Notes under the pieces: generated by a model
The model's database searches: none
Seen by the model: the letters and a program-made list of their open reading frames with translations, nothing else
Told to the model about the DNA's origin: nothing
NCBI GenBank assembly: GCA_964291675.2
Contig: OZ219866.1
Span: 2,240,001-2,304,000 of the forward strand
Origin: Alphaproteobacteria bacterium
GTDB lineage: Bacteria; Pseudomonadota; Alphaproteobacteria; MPNO01
DNA length: 64,000 bases
Reading direction: 5' to 3'
Shown: positions 18,820 to 28,366 of the stretch, in pieces
Position numbering within the stretch: the first letter of the stretch is position 1
How the letters are laid out: each line of letters starts with the position of its first letter
Program-made: the position numbers and the translations under genes

Positions 18820-20235
18820 ATGACCGAGACAGCATCGACCATGGCGGACGCACTTCCCGACATCGAACGCGTCCGTGACGAACAGGCGAAGCTGGCCGAA
18901 GCGGGCGTCCGCTACGTCTTCTCCTGCTGGATCGACATGCACGGCCTGCCCAAGACCAAGCCGGTGCCGCTCGGCGAATTCGCGGAGCTGTGCATGGGCA
19001 GGGGTCCGCAATTCGCGGTGCATTCGGTCTCCTTCGTGCCGGAGCTCGGCGCGGCCGATCCCGACCAGATCCCGATCCCCGACCTCGATTCCCTGGTCGT
19101 CTGCCCCTGGGACCGCAGCTGCGCGTGGATGTTCGCGGATCTGTGGTGGGAGGATGCGCCCTACAACCTCTGCCCCCGCCAGGCGCTCAAGCGCGCGGTG
19201 CGCGACACCGCGGCCAGGGGGTTCATGGGGTTCGCCGGCATCGAGCCGGAATTCATCGTGATGCGCTGGCGCGACGGCCGGCCGGTCAAGGCGTTCGACG
19301 ACGATCCGCTGCCCGGCGAGGGGCTGCGGCCGCGGCGCCAGGCGTTTGGCTACGACATCGAGTACAGCATCGATTCCATGGGTTTCCTCGGCGCCGTCAT
19401 CGACATCCTCGGGGAGCTCGGCTGGGGGCTGAAGGATGTGGTCTGCGAGGGCAGCTACTCGCAGATCGAGCTCGATTTCGGATACACCGATCTGGTCGGC
19501 ATGGCCGACCGGCTGGTGTTCCTGCGCGTGTTGTTGAAGGAGGTCGCCAAGCAGCAGGGCCTGTTCGTCACCTACATGCCCAAGCCCAGCACCGGCGACT
19601 GGCGGTCGGGCGCGCACATCAACTATTCGATGCGGCGGGTCGACGATCCGGGGGTGAATATCTTCGAGGATTCCGGCGGCTGGGCGCAAGCCGCCTACCA
19701 TGCGGTCGGGGGGCTGTTGCGCCACGGCGCGGCGCTGACCGCGATCGCCGCCTCGACGGTCAACTCCTATAACGGCCTGGTGGCCCGCGTGCCCGGGTTC
19801 GAGGGCGGCGTCTATACCTGGGCCCCGACCCACATGACCTACGGCAACAACAACCGCTCGGCCATGCTGCGCCTGCCGCAGAACCGGTTCTGCATCGAGA
19901 ACCGGGCGTCCGATCTGTGCATGAACCCTTACCTGGCGCTGGCGATGACGACCGCGGCGGCGGTTGCCGGCGTGACCGGGGGGATCGACCCCGGGCCGCC
20001 CCTGAACAAGGATCTCTATCTGCTGACGGACGACGAAATCCTCGCTCACGGTGGGCGGCGCCTGCCGCGGAACCTGCTCGAGGCGACCGAGAAGCTCAAC
20101 GAGGACCCGCTGGCGGCCGAGGTTCTCGGCGCTGCATTGCTGAAATCCTGGTCGGAGTACAAGTTCGACGAGTGGGAGCGCTACCACCAGGCGGTGACCG
20201 ATTGGGAGGTGCAGGAATATCTGCGGCTCTACTGA
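18820..20235 (+). CDS. Glutamine synthetase-like gamma-glutamylamide ligase (type III / GmaS-related)
   Basis: GIEPEF, MPKP...SGAHINYS, YGNNNRSAMLR, IENR, NPYL; divergent N-terminus (GPQFAVHSVSFVP). Confidence 0.88.
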   Translation: MTETASTMADALPDIERVRDEQAKLAEAGVRYVFSCWIDMHGLPKTKPVPLGEFAELCMGRGPQFAVHSVSFVPELGAADPDQIPIPDLDSLVVCPWDRSCAWMFADLWWEDAPYNLCPRQALKRAVRDTAARGFMGFAGIEPEFIVMRWRDGRPVKAFDDDPLPGEGLRPRRQAFGYDIEYSIDSMGFLGAVIDILGELGWGLKDVVCEGSYSQIELDFGYTDLVGMADRLVFLRVLLKEVAKQQGLFVTYMPKPSTGDWRSGAHINYSMRRVDDPGVNIFEDSGGWAQAAYHAVGGLLRHGAALTAIAASTVNSYNGLVARVPGFEGGVYTWAPTHMTYGNNNRSAMLRLPQNRFCIENRASDLCMNPYLALAMTTAAAVAGVTGGIDPGPPLNKDLYLLTDDEILAHGGRRLPRNLLEATEKLNEDPLAAEVLGAALLKSWSEYKFDEWERYHQAVTDWEVQEYLRLY

Positions 20236-20257
20236 ACGCCGCCGGAGGTCGCCGGAT

Positions 20258-21274
20258 ATGGCGCGGGACTACGAGGTCTGCGAGCTCGGCCCGGTGACGT
20301 TGCAGTCGGGTGTCACGCTGCCCGATGCGCGGCTCGCCTACAGGACCTACGGCTCGCTCAATGCGCGCGGCGACAACGCGATCGTCATGCCGACCTTCTA
20401 TACCGGCACGCATGTGCGCAACGAAGGCTACTTGCGGCGGATGCCGGCGCTCGACGCTTCGCGCTACTTCATCGTCTCTGTCAACATGTTCGGCAACGGC
20501 CTCTCCTCGTCGCCAAGCAACACCGCGCCGCCCTTCGACGGGCCGCGCTTCCCCGACGTCACCCTCCACGACAATATCGCCTGCCAGCACCGGCTGCTCA
20601 CCGGGACGCTCGGCGTGACCCGCCTCGCCCTGGTTCTCGGGTGGTCCATGGCCGGGTGCCAGGCGTATCAGTGGGGCGCGCAGTTCCCGGACATGGTCCG
20701 TGCCATCCTGCCCTTTTGCGCCTCGGCGCGCACGTCCGCGCACAACGCCGTGTTTCTCGAAGGACCGAAAGCGGCACTCCTGGCCGACCCGGCGTTCGCG
20801 GGCGGCGATTACGCCGCGCCCCCCGAGGCGGGTCTCAGGGCCTTCGGCCGGGTCTATGCGGGGTGGGCGTATTCGCAGGCCTTCTACCGCGAACGGCTGC
20901 ACCGCGAGCTCGGGTTCGAGACCTGGGAAGAGCTGCTGCTCGACTGGGAGCGGGATCACCTCGGCTGGGACGCGAACGACCTGCTGGCCAAGATCCGCAC
21001 CTGGCAGTTGGGCGACATCAGCGCCAATCCGCGTTACCGGGGTAACTTCGAACGCGCGCTCGGCGCCATTCGCGCCCGGGCGATCCTGGTCCCCTGTACG
21101 ACGGATCTCTACTTCCGGCCCGAGGACAACGCCGTCGAGGCCGGGCACATGCCGAATGCCGAGCTTCGACCCTACGAGTCGGCCTGGGGCCATTGCGTTG
21201 CGTCCCCCAACCGGGAGGACGGCGATTTCATGCGGTTTCTGGACGTCTGCGCATCCGAGCTGTTGGCCGCTTAG
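20258..21274 (+). CDS. Alpha/beta hydrolase, homoserine O-acetyltransferase-like
   Basis: LAYRTYGSLN, GNGLSSSPSN, nucleophile GWSMAG, DLYF, WGH triad. Confidence 0.87.
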   Translation: MARDYEVCELGPVTLQSGVTLPDARLAYRTYGSLNARGDNAIVMPTFYTGTHVRNEGYLRRMPALDASRYFIVSVNMFGNGLSSSPSNTAPPFDGPRFPDVTLHDNIACQHRLLTGTLGVTRLALVLGWSMAGCQAYQWGAQFPDMVRAILPFCASARTSAHNAVFLEGPKAALLADPAFAGGDYAAPPEAGLRAFGRVYAGWAYSQAFYRERLHRELGFETWEELLLDWERDHLGWDANDLLAKIRTWQLGDISANPRYRGNFERALGAIRARAILVPCTTDLYFRPEDNAVEAGHMPNAELRPYESAWGHCVASPNREDGDFMRFLDVCASELLAA

Positions 21275-23287
21275 CCCGACTTCCGCAACTCAACGGTTAT
21301 GGAGGCTCTAACCCATTGATTCTCTGTGATCGCACCTCCAAAGGTCGGCACTACAGGGCGCCGAACGGAGAGGCGCGGCGTGGGTTGTCAGGCGGCGATG
21401 CGCGGCGCCGGTTGTTGCGGCAGGGTCATTCCGAGCTGGTGCAGCAGAAGCTCGTGCTGCTTGTTCGGCCGGGTGTGGCGCGGCAGGACGAGGTGGCGGC
21501 CGTCGGCGGTCGGCAGGTGGACGTCGACCATCTGGATGGTGGCGAAGGCCTCGATGATGGCACGCGGGGTCAGGCCGTTGGCGCGGGGGCGGGCGAGGTT
21601 CTTCAGCGTCACCAGCAGGCAGTAGGCGATGAAGGACACGAAGATGTGCGCCTCGATCCGCGCCTCGCGCCGATGGAAGATGGGCCGGATTGCAAGCTCG
21701 TGCTTGAGCTCCTTGAAGGCTTGCTCGATCTCGATGAGCCGCATGTACAGGCGCCACAGCGTGGCCGGGTCTTCGGCCACCATGTTGGAGCGCAACAGGT
21801 AGCGGCCCTCGCGGCGGCGGACGCGGCGCAGCCGGTCGCGCCGCAGGCGGAATGAGAAGCCGTTGGCGGCGAGTTCCTCGTCGGTCTCGGGCAGGCGGAT
21901 GTCGACCAGGCTCCAGGCCCGGCCCGCCTCCTTCTTGGCGGCGCCGAGCTTGAGCATCAGCCGGTCCCGGCTGTTGGACTGCCCTTGCAGCTCGGCCAGC
22001 CGGCGCCACAGCTTGCCGAGCCGGCGCCGGCGCATGCCGCGCTCCTTCAAGAGCCGCCCCTCCGAGCGCACCAGGACGTAGAGTTCGCCGTCTTCGACCA
22101 GCAGCTTCACGTCCACGGACTGGCGCACCTCCTGCCAGGGCAGGCCGAGGAATGCCGTCTCGAGCCGCGTCAGCCGGCCCTTGGGCGTGCCCACCAGATA
22201 GCGCAGCGGCGCCTCGCCCTCGCGCATCGAGGCCAGCGTCTCCTCGCTGGGGATGCCGCGGTCCATGATCCAGATCCGCTCGGAGCGGCCGTATTGACCC
22301 TCGATCTTCTCCAGGAACGCCGCCAGCGTGGCCTGCTCGGCGGTGTTCCCTGGCATCACCTCGTAGGCCAGCGGGAAGCCCTCGGGCGTGACGATCAGCG
22401 CGATCACCACCTGTACGCAGTCCGGGCGCCGGTCCCGGCTGTAGCCGAAGCGGCGCTTGTCCTCGAACGGCGGATCGCTCTCGAAATAGGTCGAGGTCAG
22501 ATCGTAGAGCAGCACGTCGAAGCGCGCGTCGAACAACGTCGCCCAGCGGGCGCGCAGGAACGAGAAGAAGTCCTGCTTGTGCGCGACCAGCTTGTCGAGG
22601 CAGCGATACAGCGTGTCGTCGGCGATCGCCCGGTCGCTGCCCAGAAGATCGCGCAGCGCGCTGTGCTCGTACCAGTGACGGTGAAGACGCCACTCACTGC
22701 CAGGGTCGATCAGCCGGTAGCAGACCAATATCTTCAGCACGTCCAGCCACCGCGTGCCTTGCCGGCTCGGCGGCAGGCGCGCACCCCAGAAGCGGTCCAG
22801 ATCCAGGCGCTCCCACAAGGCCAGAGCGAGCCAGCGCGCCCCCCACTGGCGCGGATCGTGCAGCGACACCTCCGCCACGTCGATCTTGACCACCTCGCAG
22901 TCCAGCGCCGGCGCGTCGCGATCCTCGGGAAACAGCGCCATCTGGCGAGACCCCGACTTGCCCTCCACAACCTCGATGGAGCGGCACCACGCCGCGCGCT
23001 GGCTGTCGTTGATCTCGCCGAGATAGAGAACCTGACGCTGAACGACCCGCCCGCCGCGAACCCGGACGTTCTCCACCACGCTCCAGTAACGGTGCTCCTT
23101 ACCGTCCTTGAAGCGCCGCTTGCAGCGCACGAACATCGGCGCAGCGTCCGGCGCTTCGCCGGCCCGATCAAGGGGGTAGGTCGGCACTACACGCGGTTCT
23201 CGAGAGCCAAAGCCCGGAAAGCTGCCACTTCACGCGCCGAAAAAACGTCAAATTAATCGAAACGCGTGCCGAGTTGCGGAAGTCGGG
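21275..23287 (-). mobile_element. IS1634-family insertion sequence, 2013 bp, apparently intact
   Basis: Perfect 17-bp terminal inverted repeats CCCGACTTCCGCAACTC (21275-21291) / GAGTTGCGGAAGTCGGG (23271-23287); 4-bp TTAG duplication at 21271-21274 and 23288-23291; single transposase. Confidence 0.93.
21388..23136 (-). CDS. IS1634-family DDE transposase
   Basis: RFKDGKEHRYWSVVEN, LLYDLTSTYFE, GYSRDRRPDC, MDRG, IEQAFKELK, IRPIFH; ATG 23136 preferred as start. Confidence 0.93.
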   Translation of the reverse strand: MFVRCKRRFKDGKEHRYWSVVENVRVRGGRVVQRQVLYLGEINDSQRAAWCRSIEVVEGKSGSRQMALFPEDRDAPALDCEVVKIDVAEVSLHDPRQWGARWLALALWERLDLDRFWGARLPPSRQGTRWLDVLKILVCYRLIDPGSEWRLHRHWYEHSALRDLLGSDRAIADDTLYRCLDKLVAHKQDFFSFLRARWATLFDARFDVLLYDLTSTYFESDPPFEDKRRFGYSRDRRPDCVQVVIALIVTPEGFPLAYEVMPGNTAEQATLAAFLEKIEGQYGRSERIWIMDRGIPSEETLASMREGEAPLRYLVGTPKGRLTRLETAFLGLPWQEVRQSVDVKLLVEDGELYVLVRSEGRLLKERGMRRRRLGKLWRRLAELQGQSNSRDRLMLKLGAAKKEAGRAWSLVDIRLPETDEELAANGFSFRLRRDRLRRVRRREGRYLLRSNMVAEDPATLWRLYMRLIEIEQAFKELKHELAIRPIFHRREARIEAHIFVSFIAYCLLVTLKNLARPRANGLTPRAIIEAFATIQMVDVHLPTADGRHLVLPRHTRPNKQHELLLHQLGMTLPQQPAPRIAA

Positions 23288-24859
23288 TTAGAGCCCCCGG
23301 CCCGCCATCTGCTTGAGCGCGAGCTTGTCGATCTTCCCCGGCCCCTTCTTGGGCAGCGCATCGAGGATGTGGATGGCCTTTGGCTGCTTGTACCTGGCCA
23401 GGTTCTCCTCGGCATGGCGTTGCAGGGCATCGACGCTCGCCGATGCGCCCGGTCGCAGGGCGACGAAGACGCAGACCGCCTCGCCGAGAAAATCGTCCGG
23501 CACGCCGACCGCGGCGGCCTCGGCGACCGCCGGGTGGTCGGTCATCGCCTCGTCGACCTCGCGCGGGTAGACGTTGAAGCCGCCGACCAGGATCAGCTCC
23601 TTCTTGCGGTCGACGAGGAACAGATACCCGTCCTCGTCGAGATAGCCGATGTCGCCGGTATGCAGCCAGCCGTCGCGGATCGCCTCGGCGGTCTCCTCCG
23701 GCCGGCCGCGATAGCCGATGGTGAATTGCGGGCCGCGCACCCGGATTTCGCCGCGCTCGCCCGTCGGCAGGACGCGCGTCCCGCTCTCCAGGTCGACGAT
23801 CCCGATGTCGGTATCGGGCGGGCGAGGCCCGACGGACAGGCGCTTCTTCACCCCGTGGGTCGGGTTGAGACAGACCGGCGCGCCCTCCGACATGCCGAGG
23901 CCTTCGAGTATCTCGTTGCCGGTGCGCGCCTTCCAGCGCTCCAGGAGATCCGCCGGGCAGGGCGAGCCTCCGGCGAGGCTGTACCTGAGCGCGCCCAGAT
24001 CGGCGTCCGCCATCGCCTCCGAGCCGAGCAGGCCGAGAAAGATCGCCGCCGGCCCCCCGGCGAACACGCTGACCCGGTGGCGCACCAGCTCGGCGATGAC
24101 GAGATCCGGCCGGTAGCGCGGCACGATGACCATCGTCGCCCGGATGAAGAGCGGGAAGACGACGGAGAAATGGTGCCCCCAGATGTGGAACATCGGGGCG
24201 ACGTTCAGGATGGTGTCGCCGTCGAAATCGAAGCGCCAGAGGGCGTGGGTCTGTCGGCAGAACGCGTCGTAGGAGAGGTGCACGTGTTCCGCGCCCTTGG
24301 GCAGGCCGGTGGTGCCGCCGGTGAAGAACATCACGCAGCGGTCTTCGGGAAGCGGCCGGTCGGCGGGCAGCGTGAGGCGCTCATCCGCGGCCCAGCGCCA
24401 GACGTCGAGCTCCGCCGCGCCGACCGAGAGGATATCCGGCCCCGCCCCGCCGCCATCCAGCGCGGCCACCCGTTCGGCGAGCGCCGGAGAGCAGGCGATC
24501 GCCGCCGGCGCCACATCGGCGATCAGCCGGGCGAGCTCGGGATCGGTATAGGCCGGGTTGAGCGGCGCGATCTGCAGGCGCGCGGCATACGCGCCCATCA
24601 TCGCGACGGCGGTCTCTATGCCGTTGCCCATGACCAGCGCGATCCGCGCGCCCGGCGGGTAGCGCCCGGAGAGGTGCCGTGCCATGCCCGCGGCGGCGCG
24701 GCGGTACTCGGCGAAGGTAAGCCGCCGGTCCTCGCAGATCAGGGCCACGCGGTCCGGCCGCAGCTCGGCCGCGGCGTCCAGCGCGTCCACGATCGTCGGG
24801 TAGCGCGGGTCGCCGTCGACATAGTCGAAAGGCGGGCTGTCGAAGTTCATGGTCGCCAT
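23288..24859 (-). CDS. AMP-forming acyl-CoA synthetase (long-chain fatty acid/aryl-CoA ligase family)
   Basis: FTGGTTGLPKG, EGLGMSE, GWLHTGD, DRKKE, GKID. Confidence 0.92.
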   Translation of the reverse strand: MATMNFDSPPFDYVDGDPRYPTIVDALDAAAELRPDRVALICEDRRLTFAEYRRAAAGMARHLSGRYPPGARIALVMGNGIETAVAMMGAYAARLQIAPLNPAYTDPELARLIADVAPAAIACSPALAERVAALDGGGAGPDILSVGAAELDVWRWAADERLTLPADRPLPEDRCVMFFTGGTTGLPKGAEHVHLSYDAFCRQTHALWRFDFDGDTILNVAPMFHIWGHHFSVVFPLFIRATMVIVPRYRPDLVIAELVRHRVSVFAGGPAAIFLGLLGSEAMADADLGALRYSLAGGSPCPADLLERWKARTGNEILEGLGMSEGAPVCLNPTHGVKKRLSVGPRPPDTDIGIVDLESGTRVLPTGERGEIRVRGPQFTIGYRGRPEETAEAIRDGWLHTGDIGYLDEDGYLFLVDRKKELILVGGFNVYPREVDEAMTDHPAVAEAAAVGVPDDFLGEAVCVFVALRPGASASVDALQRHAEENLARYKQPKAIHILDALPKKGPGKIDKLALKQMAGRGL

Positions 24860-24937
24860 CTTCCCGTCGGTTGCCGGTCGAACGCAACGCCGCCGATTGC
24901 GCAGCGCCGCCCGGCCTCCGTCAAGCCGGCAAACGCG

Positions 24938-25645
24938 TCACAGGCCGAGATAGGCCTCGCGGACGCGGTCGTCCCGCAGCAGCTCCTCGCCCCGCCCGCT
25001 CAGCACGATGCGGCCGTTCTCCAGCACATAGGCGCGCGAGGCCATTTTGAGCGACACGGCGACATTCTGTTCGACCAGGATGATCGGCGTGCCCTCCGCA
25101 TTGAGCCGTTCGACGATGCGAAACACCTCCTGGACGATCGCCGGCGCGAGGCCGAGCGACGGTTCGTCGAACATGATCAGCTCCGGCCGGCCGAGCAGGC
25201 AGCGGCCGATCGCCAGCATCTGCTGCTCGCCGCCGGACAGCGTTCCCGCCGGCTGTTCGGCGCGTTCGCGGAGGATCGGAAACATGGCGAAGACCCGCTG
25301 CATGGTCTCCGCGCTGTCCCGCCTGCCGCGTTCGAGATAGGCGCCGACCTCGAGGTTCTCGCGCACCGTAAGCCCGGCGAAGATCTGACGTCCCTCGGCG
25401 ACCTGTCCGATACCGAGATTGCAGACCCGGTGGCTCGGCCAGCCGGCGATGTCGACGCCCTTGTAGACGATCCGGCCCGAGCGCGGTTTCTGTATGCCTG
25501 CGATCGTGCGGATCAGGGAGCTCTTGCCGGCGCCGTTCGATCCTACCACCGCGACGATATCGCCGGCGTCGACCTCGAGCGATACGTCGTCGAGCGCCTG
25601 GGCGTCGCCGTAGAACAGGTTCAGGGCGCTGACGCTCAGGATCAC
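24938..25645 (-). CDS. livF: Branched-chain amino acid-type ABC ATPase LivF
   Basis: GSNGAGKS, LSGGEQQMLA, DEPSLGLAP, EAYLG. Confidence 0.92.
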   Translation of the reverse strand: MILSVSALNLFYGDAQALDDVSLEVDAGDIVAVVGSNGAGKSSLIRTIAGIQKPRSGRIVYKGVDIAGWPSHRVCNLGIGQVAEGRQIFAGLTVRENLEVGAYLERGRRDSAETMQRVFAMFPILRERAEQPAGTLSGGEQQMLAIGRCLLGRPELIMFDEPSLGLAPAIVQEVFRIVERLNAEGTPIILVEQNVAVSLKMASRAYVLENGRIVLSGRGEELLRDDRVREAYLGL

Positions 25646-26367
25646 AGCTCCTGATCCCCCAGGTAGCATTCCAGCACCGCCGGATCGCGGACGATGCGCT
25701 CCGGCGCGCCTTCGCTGATCTTCTCGCCGTGATGCAGGACGGTGATGCGCTCGGACAGCGCCATGACGGCCCGCATGACGTGCTCGATCAGCAGGATCGT
25801 GAGCCCCGTCTCGTCGCGCAGCCGGCGCAGGGTGGCGACCATCCGGTCGGTCTCGGACGGCCGCAGCCCGGCCATCACCTCGTCGAGCAGCAACAGGCGC
25901 GGCCCGGTGGCGAGCGCCCGGGCGACTTCGAGGCGCTTGCGGTCGGGCAGGGTGAGGTTGGCGGCGTGCTGGCCGGCTCGGGTGTCGAGCTCCAGCAGCT
26001 CCAGAAACCCCCGCGCCGAGGCTTTCGCCTCCGCCACGCTGCGCGCGCCGTGCAGCGCCGCCACGGTCACGTTCTCCAGCACCGTCATCTGGGCGAACGG
26101 CTTGACGAGCTGGAAGGTGCGGCCGATCCCGGCATCGCAGATCTGGTCCGGACGCCGGCCGGTGATATCGGCGTCGCCCAGCCGGACGCTGCCGCGGTCC
26201 GGCCGGAACACGCCGGCGATCACGTTGAACAGGGTCGTCTTGCCGGCGCCGTTGGGGCCGATCAGCGCGGCGATCCCGCGCTCGGCCACGTCGAAGGTCA
26301 CGTCGTTCAGCGCCAGCAGCCCGCGAAAGCTTTTGCTGACGCCGTCTACGCGGAGCAGCGCGGCCAT
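25642..26367 (-). CDS. livG: Branched-chain amino acid-type ABC ATPase LivG
   Basis: GPNGAGKTT, GIGRTFQ, LDEVMAGL, IEHVM. Confidence 0.92.
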   Translation of the reverse strand: MAALLRVDGVSKSFRGLLALNDVTFDVAERGIAALIGPNGAGKTTLFNVIAGVFRPDRGSVRLGDADITGRRPDQICDAGIGRTFQLVKPFAQMTVLENVTVAALHGARSVAEAKASARGFLELLELDTRAGQHAANLTLPDRKRLEVARALATGPRLLLLDEVMAGLRPSETDRMVATLRRLRDETGLTILLIEHVMRAVMALSERITVLHHGEKISEGAPERIVRDPAVLECYLGDQEL

Positions 26368-26372
26368 CGCCG

Positions 26373-27419
26373 TCAGCCCTCCGCCCCGGGGCGGGTGAGG
26401 CGCAGCCGGTCGCACACCCAGGGCCACAGCCCGGTCGGCTTGAACAGCACGATCAGCACCACGATGAAGCTCCAGACCAGCAATTTCAGCCCGTCGAGCC
26501 TGGTCTCGGGATCGATCACCCGCCAGTGCTTCAACAGGTCGATCGCCTCGGTGACGAGCTCGCCCAGCGGCGTCAGGATGAAAGTGCCGAAAATCGGGCC
26601 GAACAGGGTGCCGACGCCGCCGACGATGGAACCGAGCGTGACCTCGATCGAGCGCTCGATGTTGAAGACGATCTCCGGGAACAGGCTGTTCTGGTAGAAG
26701 GCGTAGAAGACGCCGGCGACGCCGGCCATCCCGGACGAGATCGCCACGGCGTACATCTTGTAGCGCAGCAGGTTGATTCCGAGCGCCTCGGCGGCTTCCG
26801 GATCGTCGCGGATCGCCTGCCAGTAGTAGCCGAGCCGGCTGCGCAGCAGATAACGGCACAGCACCAGCGCGCCAAGGGCGAGCGCCATGATCAGATAGTA
26901 ATACATCTCCGGCGCGCCCCGCAGGTTCGCCAGGTCGACGCCGTACCGGTCCGCCGCCGAGACCTTGAGGAAGAAACCCTCGGTGGCCCCGAGCCACGGC
27001 ACGTGATCGACCACGATGCGCACGAATTCGGCGAACGCGATGGTGAGCAGGGCGAAGTAGACGCCCCCGATGGCGAAGCGGAAGCCGAGATATCCGACCA
27101 GCAATCCGATCGACACCGAGAGGGCCACGGCCGGAACCACGCCGATCGCCGGCGGCAGCCCGATGGCGGAGAACAGATAGGCCGAGGTGTAGGCCCCGAC
27201 GCCGACGAACAAAGCGTGGCCGATGGACAACAGCCCCGCGAAGCCGAGCATCAGGTTCCAGGACTGTCCGACCAGCGCCAGGTAGAAGACCGTCGTGGCG
27301 ACGGTCATGACGTAGGAGCTTCCCCAGAAAGGCAGCAGCAGCATCGCGACCAGGAACGCCGCGCCCAGCCAGCGCCCGGAAGCCGACAGCGGGCTCAGGA
27401 AGCGGTCGATCGACTTCAT
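26373..27419 (-). CDS. livM: Branched-chain amino acid-type ABC permease LivM
   Basis: SWNLMLGFAGLLSIGH, YFALLT, AIRDDPEAAEALGI, GGVGTLFGP. Confidence 0.9.
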   Translation of the reverse strand: MKSIDRFLSPLSASGRWLGAAFLVAMLLLPFWGSSYVMTVATTVFYLALVGQSWNLMLGFAGLLSIGHALFVGVGAYTSAYLFSAIGLPPAIGVVPAVALSVSIGLLVGYLGFRFAIGGVYFALLTIAFAEFVRIVVDHVPWLGATEGFFLKVSAADRYGVDLANLRGAPEMYYYLIMALALGALVLCRYLLRSRLGYYWQAIRDDPEAAEALGINLLRYKMYAVAISSGMAGVAGVFYAFYQNSLFPEIVFNIERSIEVTLGSIVGGVGTLFGPIFGTFILTPLGELVTEAIDLLKHWRVIDPETRLDGLKLLVWSFIVVLIVLFKPTGLWPWVCDRLRLTRPGAEG

Positions 27420-28288
27420 CGAACCGCCTTGCCCAGCAGGCCCTGCGGCCTGAGCAGCAGGACCAGGATCAGCAGGGCAAAGCTGAAGGCGGTCTTCATC
27501 GATGGCTGGAACAGGACGGCCGCCAGCGCCTCGGAAACGCCGATCAGGATGCCGCCGACGAGCGCGCCGAACAGGCTGCCCAGCCCGCCGACGATGACGA
27601 TGACGAAAGCGAGCAGGGTATAGCCCGGCGCGAGATAGGGATGCACCTCGAACAGCAGCAGGATGATCGCGCCGGCGGCGCCGAGGCAGGCCGAGCCGAT
27701 GCCGAAGGTGAGCGCGTAGAGCCGGCCCACGTTGAGGCCGACGACCTGCGCTCCCATGCGGTTGTCGGCGCAGGCGCGGATCGCCTTGCCGGTCGCCGTG
27801 TACTTGAAGAAGGCGAGCAGCAGGGCGGCGACGACGATCGCCGCGACCGCCGCGAACATCTTCGGATAGTCGACGATCAGCTCGGCGAAGGCGAACGAGT
27901 CCCACGCGTAGCCGACCTGAACGCCCTGGGCGTCCGGCCCGAAGACCAGCAGCAGCGCGCTGACGATCATGATCGCGATGGCGGCCAGCAGCAGGAACTG
28001 CATGTGTTCCGGCAGGTGGGACACCCGGCTGACCACGACGAGCTGCAGCACATAGCCGAAGCCGAACATCAACGCCGCCGCCAGCGGGACCGACAGCAGC
28101 GGGTCGAGCCCCAGCCAGCGGAACATCAGCAGCGCGAAGAACATGCCCACGACCATGATCTCGCCATGGGCGAAGTTGACGATGCGGATGACGCCGAAGA
28201 TGACCGAGAGGCCGAGAGCGCTCAGCCCGTATACCAGCCCGATCAACAGCCCGCTGACCGTGGCGTTGGCCAATGTCCAGGGATCCAA
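27416..28288 (-). CDS. livH: Branched-chain amino acid-type ABC permease LivH
   Basis: ALGLSVIFG, NFAHGE, GKAIRA, GGLGS, RPQGLLG. Confidence 0.92.
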   Translation of the reverse strand: MDPWTLANATVSGLLIGLVYGLSALGLSVIFGVIRIVNFAHGEIMVVGMFFALLMFRWLGLDPLLSVPLAAALMFGFGYVLQLVVVSRVSHLPEHMQFLLLAAIAIMIVSALLLVFGPDAQGVQVGYAWDSFAFAELIVDYPKMFAAVAAIVVAALLLAFFKYTATGKAIRACADNRMGAQVVGLNVGRLYALTFGIGSACLGAAGAIILLLFEVHPYLAPGYTLLAFVIVIVGGLGSLFGALVGGILIGVSEALAAVLFQPSMKTAFSFALLILVLLLRPQGLLGKAVR

Positions 28289-28366
28289 GCCTGACTCCCC
28301 GTCAGTGCCCGGGTGCCGGCGGCCGGGCGCGGCCTGCCACCCGGCGCCGGCGATGGCGGCCGGCGG

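Noticed and set aside
18820-20235. Housekeeping glnA
   Set aside because: Divergent N-terminus, no glnB/ntr context, embedded in an amine-catabolic module
20258-21274. Methionine-biosynthetic MetX
   Set aside because: Lacks the HALTG motif (has PTFYTG) and any met gene context
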